The position numbers were made by a program, and so were the translations under genes. From positions 17,841 through 81,840 of the forward strand of contig JAVBPW010000002.1 in the NCBI GenBank assembly GCA_031549385.1: a DNA stretch of 64,000 nucleotides, written 5' to 3'. This document shows, one piece after another, positions 35,007 to 44,918 of the stretch. How positions within the stretch are numbered: the stretch's first letter is position 1; the number at the start of each line of letters is the position of its first letter. This DNA is from Alphaproteobacteria bacterium (GTDB lineage Bacteria > Pseudomonadota > Alphaproteobacteria > Rs-D84 > SZUA-605). The notes under the pieces were generated by a model. It ran no database searches, was not told the DNA's origin, and was given only the letters and a program-made list of their open reading frames with translations.

Positions 35007-38000
35007 ATGATAAGAAAAATCCTCCCGCTTGTATCCTTAATTTTATTATCAACAAATGTTTTCGCTAAAGAATTAAAAGTAACTAGAATTACTCCAAATG
35101 GTGATGATGTTGAACCTATGTCTCAAATTGTTATTACTTTTAATCAAGATGTTGTTCCAATTGGTGAAATGTCACGTAAGAAAGAAGAAATTCCTGTTAA
35201 GATTACTCCTAATTTAGATTGTAAGTGGAGATGGATTGATAATTCAAATCTTGCTTGTATGCTTGAAGATGGAGATATGAAGGCGGCTACTAAGTATTCT
35301 GTTGAAGTTGGAGCTGTAAAAACTTTAAATGGAGAAGAGTTGCAAAAAACATATGAACATTCTTTTATTACTCGTCGTCCTTTAGTTAGTTATTCTTACT
35401 TCCATCAATGGCAAGGTGCAAATATGCCTATATTTGTTGTGAATTTCGATCAACCTGTACAAATAGATAGCCTTGAAGATGCTTTTTATTTTCAAGATAG
35501 CGCTTCTTCAAAAAAATATGATGCTAAAGTTGAGGTAAGAAAAGAAGAGTCTAGTAGAGTGTTTTATGTTTATCCTGCTGTAGAACTTGCAGCTTATAGA
35601 ACTTATTCTCTTTATACTACTGGAGAATTTTCTTCAAAGTTAGGAGATGAAAAAAGAAAAAATGAAAAGAAAGAATTACAAAAATTTGCTACTTTTCCTG
35701 CAACCCCAAAATTCTTAGGGTTCTCATGTTCAGATGGTGATAATAAGGATGTAAAAGATTATAATGTAGAGGATTGTGATCCGTCTAATTATTCAACTAT
35801 GGTATTTAATGTGCCTGTTAAGGCTAATGCATTGAAGTATGCTAAAGTTACTCCTTCTATTTCAATTGATGAAGAAGAGAATCAAAATCAAAAATATAGC
35901 AATGATAGTTATACTCCAATGATTTGGGATAATAGCCATAGTGTGGGGAAAAAGTATTATGTTTATTTGCCTAGATTCTTGAAGTCTGGGGTTGAATATA
36001 AAATCAGTTTTGATAGTAAATTAAAAGATGTATTTGGAAGAGGTTTTGAAGATGGAGTTGGAACCATTTCATTTGGACCGAGAAGTCCTTATGTTAATGT
36101 GAAGTATTCTATGTCAGTTTTGGAAAAACAGGAACAAACTGAAATTCCTGTGTTTATTACTAATATTTCAAATTTAGACTTTGACTGTGTTAGTGTGACT
36201 GCTGATGGAGTTAAGAAAAAAAGTGAAACTAAAAAATATGATTATCCAAAAAATATAGCTGTTGGAACTTCACTTGGAGTTAGAAAGTTACTTTCAGATA
36301 AATCGGGTATTGTTGCTTGTAAATTAACTTCAAATGATTTGAAAAAGGATAAAAAAGAAGTTTTTGTTTCTATTGTTACCCCTTGGAACTTAAGTATTAA
36401 GGTTGGACATTATAATTCTTCTGTTTGGGTGACTGATATGAAAACTGGACTTCCTGTTGAAGGTGCTAAGGTTTCTTTTTATAAGAGTACTACAAAAAAT
36501 ATTGGTGACAGAGAAGATTTAGATTCAAAAAAGACTGATAAAAATGGTCTTGCAATTCTTGGTGGGGTTAAAGAAATGGATCCTAAACTTGAATTTATTA
36601 ATTCTTGGGATAATGAAAAAGATAAACTTTTTGTTAGAGTAGAAAAAGGTGGTGAACTTGCTATTATGCCATTTACTTATGATTTTAAAGTTTGGATTGA
36701 TGGTATTCCTACTTATTTAGAAAGGGAAAATTCTCATATTAAAGTTTGGGGAATTACTCCACAAGTTGTTTATAAAAAAGGCCAAGTTGTTGATTTTAAA
36801 CTTTTTGTTAGAGATGATTTGAATGAAACTTTAGGATTGGCACGTAAGAAGAAAAGATTCTTGTTTATACCTTATTATAAAACTCCTTCTTTAACTGTTA
36901 CTGTTGTAGATCCCCTTGGAAAAGAAGTTTATAAAAATTCTGGAGTTAAATTATCAAAACTTGGTACTTTTGTTGATGATTTCAAATTGAGCAAAACGGC
37001 TGTTTCTGGAACATATATGATGAAGGCATCTATTGATGATGCAAAGTATTCATCTTTGTATCCTTTAGAATTTGTGGTTTCTGATTTTAATGCTTCTAAT
37101 TTTAAAGTGGAAACTTTATTGAGTGCTAAATCTTATAAGTCTGGAGATACATTGAAAGTGTCTACTGAGGCTAGTTTGCTTTCTGGAGCTCCTTATACTG
37201 CAAAAGAAGCAAGAATTAATGTTGAAGTGCAACCTAGTCATTTTGATGTAAGTAATCCTTTGTTATATAAATATAATTTTCCATATCCTTCATATGATGA
37301 AAAGAATGTTACTGTATTAAGTGAAGATTTTGCATTGAGCACAAAAGGAAAGGCAGAGGCTTTGGTTAAACTGAAAGATTATGATATTCCTTATGCTAAA
37401 ATTATTGTGGAAAGTTCTGTGAAAGACGATAATGGTAAGGCTATTGCTTCATCTTCTGTTGCTGACTTTTTTGGAGTAGATAGATTTATTGGAATAAGAA
37501 ATACTGATTTTGATTACAGAGCAGGAAAAGAATTCCAAATTGAATATGCTGTTGTTGATACTAAAGGTGAAATTGTTAGTGCAGCTTCTGTAAATGGAAC
37601 TCTTGAAATTTCTGAAGTTTCTTTTTCTAAGATAAAAGGAAGTGGAAATGTTTATGAAGAAAAACGTGAACAAAAATGGAGTAAGGTTGCATCATGTAAA
37701 GGAACTTCTTCGATTTCTGAACAATTATGTAAACTTAAAGTTAATAAAAGTGGAGAATATAGAATAACTTTTGAAGGAAAAGATACTAAAGGAAAAAAAG
37801 TTAAAAATTCTTCAGAATTTTATGTTACAGGAAAAGACTATGTTCTTTGGGCTAAAGATAAAGGAGATGTTTCTTTTGTTGATCTTGTGCCAAATAAATC
37901 ATCATATAAAATTGGAGATGTAGCTAAATTTATGGTGAAAAATCCATATCCTGGTGCTTATGCTTATGTTTCAATTGAGAGAAATGGAATTATAGAAACA

Positions 38001-40691
38001 ACAGTTAAAAAACTTAATAATAGTATGGAATTTATAGAAGTGCCTATAAAAGATAACTATATGCCAGGGTTTTATTTGTCAGTGACTATATTTTCACCCC
38101 GTGTTGATAAAGCTCCACAAGAAAGTGCTGATGGAAAGGTTATATTAGATCTTGGAAAACCTTCTGTAAAAATGGGATATATAAGGGTACCTGTTATTGA
38201 TAGTAATAAAAAAATTGTTATGGAAGTTTCTTCTGACAAAGCAAAATACAAACCAAGACAAAAAGCTAAAGTTACTGTTAAGTTGAGTGAAAAAGATCGC
38301 AAAGCTGATTTGACTGCTATTGTAATTGATGAAGGGGTTTTGGAATTACAAAGAGGCAAATTAAATAATTATGACATTTATAGTGCTTTTTATAAATTAG
38401 GAGATCTTGATCTTGTAAACTATAATACTTTACTTAATCTTGTTGGTCGTCAAAAAGTTGAAACTAAAGGTCAATCACAAGGTGGTGATGGTGGTGGTGG
38501 AATTGAAATGAGAAATGATTTCAAATTCATTGCTTATTATAATAATAATTTAAAAGCTAATGGAAGAGGAGAAGCTACCTTTGAAGTTAATCTTCCTGAT
38601 AATTTGACAAGATGGAAAGTTATTGTTATTGCTGCTGGAACAGATAGATTTGGACATAATGTTGCAAATATTGATGTGGATAATGAAATAGAAGTTAGAA
38701 AAGTTGCTCCTAATCAAATTGGAGAAGGTGACAAATCTTCCATTGGATTGTCTGTTACTAATCGTACAGATAAAAAACAAAAGGTAAAAGTTGAAATCAA
38801 TGTGACTGGGGATATTACAAAACCAGTGCAAATTTCAAAAGATATAGAATTAAATCCTATGGAAAAGAAGTCTGTGCTTGCTGATGTTTTAGCCTCTAAT
38901 CTGCCTATTGATGCTTCAAAGGGTAATGGTATTATTAAGGTAGAGGCAAAAGCTTATAGTGCTGAGTTTAAAGATGGTATGGTTTATAGTGTTCCTGTTT
39001 TGAAACTTAGATCTTTTGATGTGGCTACAGAATATAGCTCTTTACCATCTGATCAAAAGGAATTGAAGATACCTATAAAAATTCCAAGTGGTATTTACGA
39101 TGATGTTGGGGGAATGTCTGTTACATTTAGTCCTACATTAATGAGTGGATTGGAAGAGTCATTTATATATATGAGAGATTACCCATATCCATGTTGGGAA
39201 CAAAGATTGTCTGTTGCTGTAATGGCTATGAATTATAAGAATATGAAGAAATATGTTCCTTCTGTTGAATGGAAGGGAGCTGATAGCAATGTGATAAAGA
39301 ATGTTTTAAATACTGCATCTGATTATCAGGCGCCAAATGGTGGTATGACTTACTTTATTGCAGAAGATTCTTATGTTTCTCCATATTTGAGTGCCTATAC
39401 TGCCCTTGCTTTTACTTGGTTGAAGGATAATGGATATAAGGTTCCTAAAGATGTAGAAGAAAAATTACATAATTATTTAAAGAAGTATATGAAAACATCA
39501 GAAAAAGATCTTGTTAAGAATGCTACTATTAGGTCTATTATTTTGTACTCTTTAATAAAGGCTAATAATGCAACTGATTTAGATTTAAATAGATTGCAAC
39601 CTGCTTTGAAAGATATGACATTACTTGGTAAAGCTTATTTTCTTAGCTCTGCAACTGAATTAAAGAATGAAGATCTTAAAAAACAAGCATTGGATGCTAT
39701 TATGGCAAATGCTAATACTACTTCAGGTAAGTATATGTTCTCTGATGCTTATGATTATAAAAATAATACATTCCTTATTACACCTATGCGTGATAATTGC
39801 GTTATATTGTCTGCTTTGACAAAGTTGAATGATGAAAGTATTAAAGAAGTTCCTATGAAATTAGTGCGTACAATTATACAACAACGTAAATCTGGACGCT
39901 GGGTTAATACTCAGGAAAATGTATTCTGTCTTAATGCTTTAAGTGATTATGCGACAAAATATGAAAGTGAAAAAACAAAGCTAAATGTTAAAGCTGTGCT
40001 TGGAAATACTGAATTTGGTTCTGCTAAATTTGATAGTGTTAAAGATAAACCTGTTATTATTTCTAAAAACTTTGTTTCTTCTGATATTGGTAAAAGTCAG
40101 GATTTAAAGTTTGAAAGAGATGGAAGTGGAATTGTTTATACTGAAGCTAAGATGAAATATTCTTATAAAAAACCATTGGAAACTATTAATTCTGGAATTA
40201 GTGTAGAACGTGAATACTTGATTAAGAAAAATGGGGTTTGGGTGAAGTTAACTAAAGGGGCTAAATTAAAAAGAGGAGATTTAGTTAAAGTTAATATTAT
40301 GGTATCTGCACCTGCTGCAAGGTCATTTGTTGTTGTAAATGATCCAGTGCCTGGTGGGTTAGAACCTTTAAATATGGAACTTGGAAATGTTTCATCAGTG
40401 GATGCTGGATATAATTCAAGCAAAAATCCATCTGATTCAATTTACTATAAGAAAAATAATCCTATTGATTTTGGATCATTTTATTCAGGGTTTTATTTCA
40501 AAGAATTAAATCATGATGTTGTTAGATTTTATTCAGATTATTTGAATGCAGGAAATTACTATCTTTCTTATGTGGCTCAAGTTGTTGCTTCTGGAAAGTT
40601 TAATGCTTATCCTGTTTTTGCTCATGAAATGTATGATGAGGATATTTATGGCAAAGGTACATTGGATACGTTTGAAATACTTGAAGATTAG
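35007..40691 (+). CDS. bacterial alpha-2-macroglobulin
   Basis: 1894 aa, signal peptide, Ig-like/MG repeats, thioester motif CWEQ at 39192-39203, followed by pbpC as in the classic operon. Confidence 0.9.
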   Translation: MIRKILPLVSLILLSTNVFAKELKVTRITPNGDDVEPMSQIVITFNQDVVPIGEMSRKKEEIPVKITPNLDCKWRWIDNSNLACMLEDGDMKAATKYSVEVGAVKTLNGEELQKTYEHSFITRRPLVSYSYFHQWQGANMPIFVVNFDQPVQIDSLEDAFYFQDSASSKKYDAKVEVRKEESSRVFYVYPAVELAAYRTYSLYTTGEFSSKLGDEKRKNEKKELQKFATFPATPKFLGFSCSDGDNKDVKDYNVEDCDPSNYSTMVFNVPVKANALKYAKVTPSISIDEEENQNQKYSNDSYTPMIWDNSHSVGKKYYVYLPRFLKSGVEYKISFDSKLKDVFGRGFEDGVGTISFGPRSPYVNVKYSMSVLEKQEQTEIPVFITNISNLDFDCVSVTADGVKKKSETKKYDYPKNIAVGTSLGVRKLLSDKSGIVACKLTSNDLKKDKKEVFVSIVTPWNLSIKVGHYNSSVWVTDMKTGLPVEGAKVSFYKSTTKNIGDREDLDSKKTDKNGLAILGGVKEMDPKLEFINSWDNEKDKLFVRVEKGGELAIMPFTYDFKVWIDGIPTYLERENSHIKVWGITPQVVYKKGQVVDFKLFVRDDLNETLGLARKKKRFLFIPYYKTPSLTVTVVDPLGKEVYKNSGVKLSKLGTFVDDFKLSKTAVSGTYMMKASIDDAKYSSLYPLEFVVSDFNASNFKVETLLSAKSYKSGDTLKVSTEASLLSGAPYTAKEARINVEVQPSHFDVSNPLLYKYNFPYPSYDEKNVTVLSEDFALSTKGKAEALVKLKDYDIPYAKIIVESSVKDDNGKAIASSSVADFFGVDRFIGIRNTDFDYRAGKEFQIEYAVVDTKGEIVSAASVNGTLEISEVSFSKIKGSGNVYEEKREQKWSKVASCKGTSSISEQLCKLKVNKSGEYRITFEGKDTKGKKVKNSSEFYVTGKDYVLWAKDKGDVSFVDLVPNKSSYKIGDVAKFMVKNPYPGAYAYVSIERNGIIETTVKKLNNSMEFIEVPIKDNYMPGFYLSVTIFSPRVDKAPQESADGKVILDLGKPSVKMGYIRVPVIDSNKKIVMEVSSDKAKYKPRQKAKVTVKLSEKDRKADLTAIVIDEGVLELQRGKLNNYDIYSAFYKLGDLDLVNYNTLLNLVGRQKVETKGQSQGGDGGGGIEMRNDFKFIAYYNNNLKANGRGEATFEVNLPDNLTRWKVIVIAAGTDRFGHNVANIDVDNEIEVRKVAPNQIGEGDKSSIGLSVTNRTDKKQKVKVEINVTGDITKPVQISKDIELNPMEKKSVLADVLASNLPIDASKGNGIIKVEAKAYSAEFKDGMVYSVPVLKLRSFDVATEYSSLPSDQKELKIPIKIPSGIYDDVGGMSVTFSPTLMSGLEESFIYMRDYPYPCWEQRLSVAVMAMNYKNMKKYVPSVEWKGADSNVIKNVLNTASDYQAPNGGMTYFIAEDSYVSPYLSAYTALAFTWLKDNGYKVPKDVEEKLHNYLKKYMKTSEKDLVKNATIRSIILYSLIKANNATDLDLNRLQPALKDMTLLGKAYFLSSATELKNEDLKKQALDAIMANANTTSGKYMFSDAYDYKNNTFLITPMRDNCVILSALTKLNDESIKEVPMKLVRTIIQQRKSGRWVNTQENVFCLNALSDYATKYESEKTKLNVKAVLGNTEFGSAKFDSVKDKPVIISKNFVSSDIGKSQDLKFERDGSGIVYTEAKMKYSYKKPLETINSGISVEREYLIKKNGVWVKLTKGAKLKRGDLVKVNIMVSAPAARSFVVVNDPVPGGLEPLNMELGNVSSVDAGYNSSKNPSDSIYYKKNNPIDFGSFYSGFYFKELNHDVVRFYSDYLNAGNYYLSYVAQVVASGKFNAYPVFAHEMYDEDIYGKGTLDTFEILED

Positions 40692-42777
40692 TATTCTTGT
40701 TGTACTTGTCTTATTTGTATTTATTACAATAATAAATCTTTCAAAACTTCCTTCAAATTTAAATGTGGGAAGTTTTGAGAGTTCTCGAATTCAACTTATT
40801 GATAGAAATGGGAAAGTTTTATCTACTGTCTATGATGAAAGTCTGAATTTGGAAGATAATTTAAAACTTTATGAAATACCTGAATTTTTTAAATCTGCTT
40901 TTATAATATCAGAAGATAAGCGTTTTTATTCACATTATGGGGTTGATGTTTTGGCTAAAATTAATTCTGTGTATAAGGCTGTGCGTGGAAGCGATGTTAG
41001 AGGGGCAAGTACTGTTACAGAACAAGTTGTTAGGATTTTAAAGCCTAGGAAACGAAATTTATTTTCCAAATGGTTGGAATTTATTGATGCTTTAAGATTG
41101 GATGCTAAATTTAGTAAAGATGAAATATTTGAGTTTTATTTAAATCAAGTGCCTTATGCTTCTAATAGACGTGGAGTTAAGCAGGCGGCTAATTACTATT
41201 TTGGAAGGTCAGTTGATAGTTTGTCAGAAGAAGAAATGATTGCACTTGTTGTATTAATTCGAGCACCATCAAAATATAATTTATATAAGGGATATCATAA
41301 GAGTTATTTGAAATCTATTAAGATTTTGGCTAATAAAATGGGAAAGGATATTGAAAAGGTTGATTTGCAAATTTATGAAAGAGAAGAAAGTGTTGATACA
41401 TTTCATTTTAATGATTTTGTGAAGGCTAATTTACAAACACTTGGAATTAATAATGGTAAGATTAAAACTACTATAGATATAAATATTCAAAAAGATGTGG
41501 GTGATTTACTTTATAATCATTTGCAAAATCTATCTAAATATGAGGTGAATAATGGAGCTGTTCTTGTAATAGACCGAGCAAGTGGTGAAATTTTAGCTTG
41601 GGTTAATGATAATTATCCAGAGACAGCTAGCTTTGATAAAGTGCTTGTAAAAAGGCAACCAGGTTCCTTACTTAAACCTTTTGCATATGCTAAAGCTTTT
41701 GAAAAAGGTTGGAATGGGGCTACTTTGATTGATGATGAGCCTATGATTACAAAAACTGCCAGTTCTGGGGTGCATAATTTTAAAAACTATAGTGAGAGAT
41801 TTTATGGTATGGTTAGTGCGCGACAAGCTTTGGGAAATTCTTTAAATATTCCTGCTATTAAAACTGCTGAATTTGTTGGAATGGAAGAGTTTTTGAGTTT
41901 TCTTCATGAAGTAGGTTTGACATCATTAGATCAAGATGCAGAATTTTATGGTGATGGACTTGTACTTGGTAATGGAGAAGTTTCTCTTTATGAAATTGTT
42001 AGAGCTTATATGGTTTTGGCTAATCATGGAAATTATAGTGATTTGAAATATTTAAAAGATTCTGTTGTTGATGGTAGAAAAGTAATTACTCCTGAAATTG
42101 CTGATATTATTAGCGATATATTATCTGATTCAAAGGCTAGAGAACTTGAATTTGGTGGAAGAGGGGCGTTAATGGATTTTCCAGTTCAGACGGCGATTAA
42201 AACGGGAACTTCTTCTGCTCATAGAAATGCTTGGTCAGTTGGATATAATAGCAAATATGTTGTTGGAATTTGGCTTGGAAATTTAGATTATTCTAAGACA
42301 ACCAGTTTGACTGGAGCTAATTCGACTATATCTTTGCTCAGGAATATATTTGCTAAATTAAATAAAGAAATTGATATAAAACCTCTCGAAGTGCATAAAA
42401 ATGTTTCATCACAAAAGGTTTGCTCAGATAAAGAATGTTTAGGATTAAAAAAAGAATTATTTGTTGGTGGGCAAAATGTAAAACAAAGTGTAGTTTTAGT
42501 TGCGCAAAAAGAAATGAAGCTTATTATGCCTACTGAAGGTATGAATGTTGCTATTGATCCACGTGTTCCAAAGAACTTACAAAAAATTAAATTCTATATA
42601 GATGCTAAACCAGAGAATTATAAGGTTGAATGGAAATTAAATGATAAAATTATTTATCAAGGAAATGATTCTGACTTCTTTTGGGCTATTGAAAAGGGAA
42701 GTTTTTTATTAGAAACTGTTATTTATGATGGAAGTAAAATAGTATTAAAGCAAAAGACTAATTTTTCGGTGAAATAA
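40648..42777 (+). CDS. pbpC: penicillin-binding protein 1C
   Basis: TM anchor, glycosyltransferase-51 motifs (SEDKRFYSHYGVD, RGASTVTEQ), transpeptidase motifs (SLLKP, SLN, KTGTS), PBP1C C-terminal domain. ATG 40648 overlaps the a2m end. Confidence 0.85.
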   Translation: MAKVHWIRLKYLKISILVVLVLFVFITIINLSKLPSNLNVGSFESSRIQLIDRNGKVLSTVYDESLNLEDNLKLYEIPEFFKSAFIISEDKRFYSHYGVDVLAKINSVYKAVRGSDVRGASTVTEQVVRILKPRKRNLFSKWLEFIDALRLDAKFSKDEIFEFYLNQVPYASNRRGVKQAANYYFGRSVDSLSEEEMIALVVLIRAPSKYNLYKGYHKSYLKSIKILANKMGKDIEKVDLQIYEREESVDTFHFNDFVKANLQTLGINNGKIKTTIDINIQKDVGDLLYNHLQNLSKYEVNNGAVLVIDRASGEILAWVNDNYPETASFDKVLVKRQPGSLLKPFAYAKAFEKGWNGATLIDDEPMITKTASSGVHNFKNYSERFYGMVSARQALGNSLNIPAIKTAEFVGMEEFLSFLHEVGLTSLDQDAEFYGDGLVLGNGEVSLYEIVRAYMVLANHGNYSDLKYLKDSVVDGRKVITPEIADIISDILSDSKARELEFGGRGALMDFPVQTAIKTGTSSAHRNAWSVGYNSKYVVGIWLGNLDYSKTTSLTGANSTISLLRNIFAKLNKEIDIKPLEVHKNVSSQKVCSDKECLGLKKELFVGGQNVKQSVVLVAQKEMKLIMPTEGMNVAIDPRVPKNLQKIKFYIDAKPENYKVEWKLNDKIIYQGNDSDFFWAIEKGSFLLETVIYDGSKIVLKQKTNFSVK

Positions 42778-42778
42778 G

Positions 42779-43069
42779 ATGAAGACATTTAATGAAAAAG
42801 TTTATGACATTGTTCGACATATTCCTAAAGGAAAAGTTATGTCATATGGGCAGATTGCTCAAATGGCAGAAAATCCAGTTGCATCACGTGCTGTAGGTTA
42901 TGCATTGTGCAGAGTTAAAAGTCTTGATGATATGCCATGTCAAAGAGTAGTTTTTAAAGACGGAGCTTTATCTTCAAAATGGGCAGATATGCAATATCAA
43001 ATGTTGAAAAATGAGGGTGTTGTTTTTACTAAAGCAAAAAAAGTAGATATGAAAAAGTGTCAGGTATAG
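42779..43069 (+). CDS. MGMT-family DNA-binding domain protein with variant active site
   Basis: 96 aa, contains only the C-terminal MGMT fold. Active-site region reads PCQRVV rather than PCHRV. Starts 1 nt after the pbpC stop. Confidence 0.65.
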   Translation: MKTFNEKVYDIVRHIPKGKVMSYGQIAQMAENPVASRAVGYALCRVKSLDDMPCQRVVFKDGALSSKWADMQYQMLKNEGVVFTKAKKVDMKKCQV

Positions 43070-43072
43070 GTT

Positions 43073-43594
43073 TTAAAGGGCTGTACCTTTTTTAGGAATA
43101 GTAAAATTTGATACGTTTGTGCCTTCTTTTTCAAGTAATTTGATTTTGGTTTTTATTCCACCAGCAAATCCTGTTAAACTCCCATTTGAACCAACTACAC
43201 GGTGGCATGGAATTATAATTGATATTGGATTGTGCCCTACTGCCCCACCAACTGCTTGAGCAGATTTTATACCTATTTTTTTTGCAATATCACCATAAGT
43301 GATAACTTTACCATATGGGATTTGACATAAAATATTCCATACTTTTTGACGGAATTTTCCACCTGTTGGAGATAATGGTAATTCAGAAATTGATGGTTTT
43401 TTCCCTGCGAAATATTTATCTAACCATTCTTTGGTTTTTATAAATATAGGACAGTCGTTTTTTTCTGTCATTTTTTGAGGTATTGTATTTCCATGATATT
43501 TTTGACCTTCTATCCAAAGTCCAACTAATTTATCGTCCTTACAAGCTAGAGTAAGATTTCCTATCGGTGATTTATATAATGTTGAATAATACAT
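43073..43594 (-). CDS. ogt: methylated-DNA--protein-cysteine methyltransferase
   Basis: Two-domain MGMT with canonical IIIPCHRVVG. Confidence 0.9.
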   Translation of the reverse strand: MYYSTLYKSPIGNLTLACKDDKLVGLWIEGQKYHGNTIPQKMTEKNDCPIFIKTKEWLDKYFAGKKPSISELPLSPTGGKFRQKVWNILCQIPYGKVITYGDIAKKIGIKSAQAVGGAVGHNPISIIIPCHRVVGSNGSLTGFAGGIKTKIKLLEKEGTNVSNFTIPKKGTAL

Positions 43595-43742
43595 TATTTC
43601 TCCTTTGTGAAGTATCTATTATTAATTAGATTAACTATAAATTAAGAAAAATCAATAATAAGTTAGATTTAAAAAGATGTGAATTTAAAGTTCTTGATTT
43701 TTTATATTATAATATTATTCTCTTATAAGAGGAGAATATAAA

Positions 43743-44891
43743 ATGGCTTTTTCGAGAAATTTTCATATGACTATTAAACCTATTGGTGCAGCTTGTAATA
43801 TGAATTGTAAATATTGTTATTTTTTGAGTAAAATAAATTTATTAAATAGTTTTTCAAGAATGTCCGATGAAACATTAGAAAATTTTATTAAATCATATAT
43901 TCAAGCTCAAGATTCTGATGTGGTGTTTTTTACTTGGCATGGAGGAGAACCTACATTACTTGAAATAGATTTTTTTAGAAAAGTAATAGAGTTTCAAAAA
44001 AAATATTCCAATGGAAAATATATAGAAAATGATTTACAAACAAATGGATTATTAATTGATGATACTTGGTGTAAATTCTTAAAAGAAAATAATTTTTTAA
44101 TTGGTTTATCTGTTGATGGAGATGAAAATGGAAACTCTTATCGTCAAGATAATAATGGAAATTCAGTTTTAAAGAAAACTATAGAAGTTGCAAAATTACT
44201 GAAGAAATATAATATTCCTTTTAATACATTAACTGTTATAAATAATAAAAATTCTAAGCGACCTGTTGAAACTTATGAATTTTTAAAAAATATTATTGGA
44301 TCTAATTATATGCAATTTATTCCAGCTGTTGAAATTAAAGATCATGAAAATACAGCTCCAGGATTTTGGAAGGAAAAAATTGAATTAGAAGAATATTCAG
44401 TGTCCCCTGAAGATTGGGGTAATTTTTTAACAGAAGTTTTTAATAATTGGTACGAAAATGATAAAGGAAAAGTATTTATCTTTCTTTTTGAAAATTTTTT
44501 ATCCTTATATTTAAATCGTGGACCTCAGATGTGTTTTTTTGAAAAAGAATGTTCACATGCTATGGCAATTGATAGAGATGGTTCTGTTTATGCTTGTGAT
44601 CACTTTGTTTATCCAGAGTACAATTATGGAAATATAAATGATTTAAATTTAAATGAAATAGCTTTATCTGAAAAAAGGAAAAATTTTGCCAAATTAAAAT
44701 CAAATTTGCATGAACAATGTTTGAATTGTGAATGGTTAAATTTGTGTAATGGAGAATGTCCAAAGAAAAGATTCCTAAAAACTTCTGATAAAAATGTTGG
44801 ATTAAATTATTTATGTGAAGGATATAAAATTTTCTTTGCAAAAACAAAGAAAAGGATGTTGAATTTATCTAAATTATATGATAATGTTTAG
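43743..44891 (+). CDS. anaerobic sulfatase-maturating enzyme (radical SAM/SPASM)
   Basis: CNMNCKYCY radical-SAM cluster and C-terminal Cys-rich SPASM region. Immediately upstream of a Ser-type sulfatase. Confidence 0.85.
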   Translation: MAFSRNFHMTIKPIGAACNMNCKYCYFLSKINLLNSFSRMSDETLENFIKSYIQAQDSDVVFFTWHGGEPTLLEIDFFRKVIEFQKKYSNGKYIENDLQTNGLLIDDTWCKFLKENNFLIGLSVDGDENGNSYRQDNNGNSVLKKTIEVAKLLKKYNIPFNTLTVINNKNSKRPVETYEFLKNIIGSNYMQFIPAVEIKDHENTAPGFWKEKIELEEYSVSPEDWGNFLTEVFNNWYENDKGKVFIFLFENFLSLYLNRGPQMCFFEKECSHAMAIDRDGSVYACDHFVYPEYNYGNINDLNLNEIALSEKRKNFAKLKSNLHEQCLNCEWLNLCNGECPKKRFLKTSDKNVGLNYLCEGYKIFFAKTKKRMLNLSKLYDNV

Positions 44892-44918
44892 TATAAATTG
44901 TTTTCATAGGAGGGAGAC

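Noticed and set aside
40546-40647. N-terminal 34-codon extension of pbpC in the ORF track.
   Set aside because: It lies entirely inside the a2m coding region and translates to hydrophobic low-complexity sequence. ATG 40648 gives a normal PBP1C N-terminus: a short cytoplasmic tail followed by a TM anchor.
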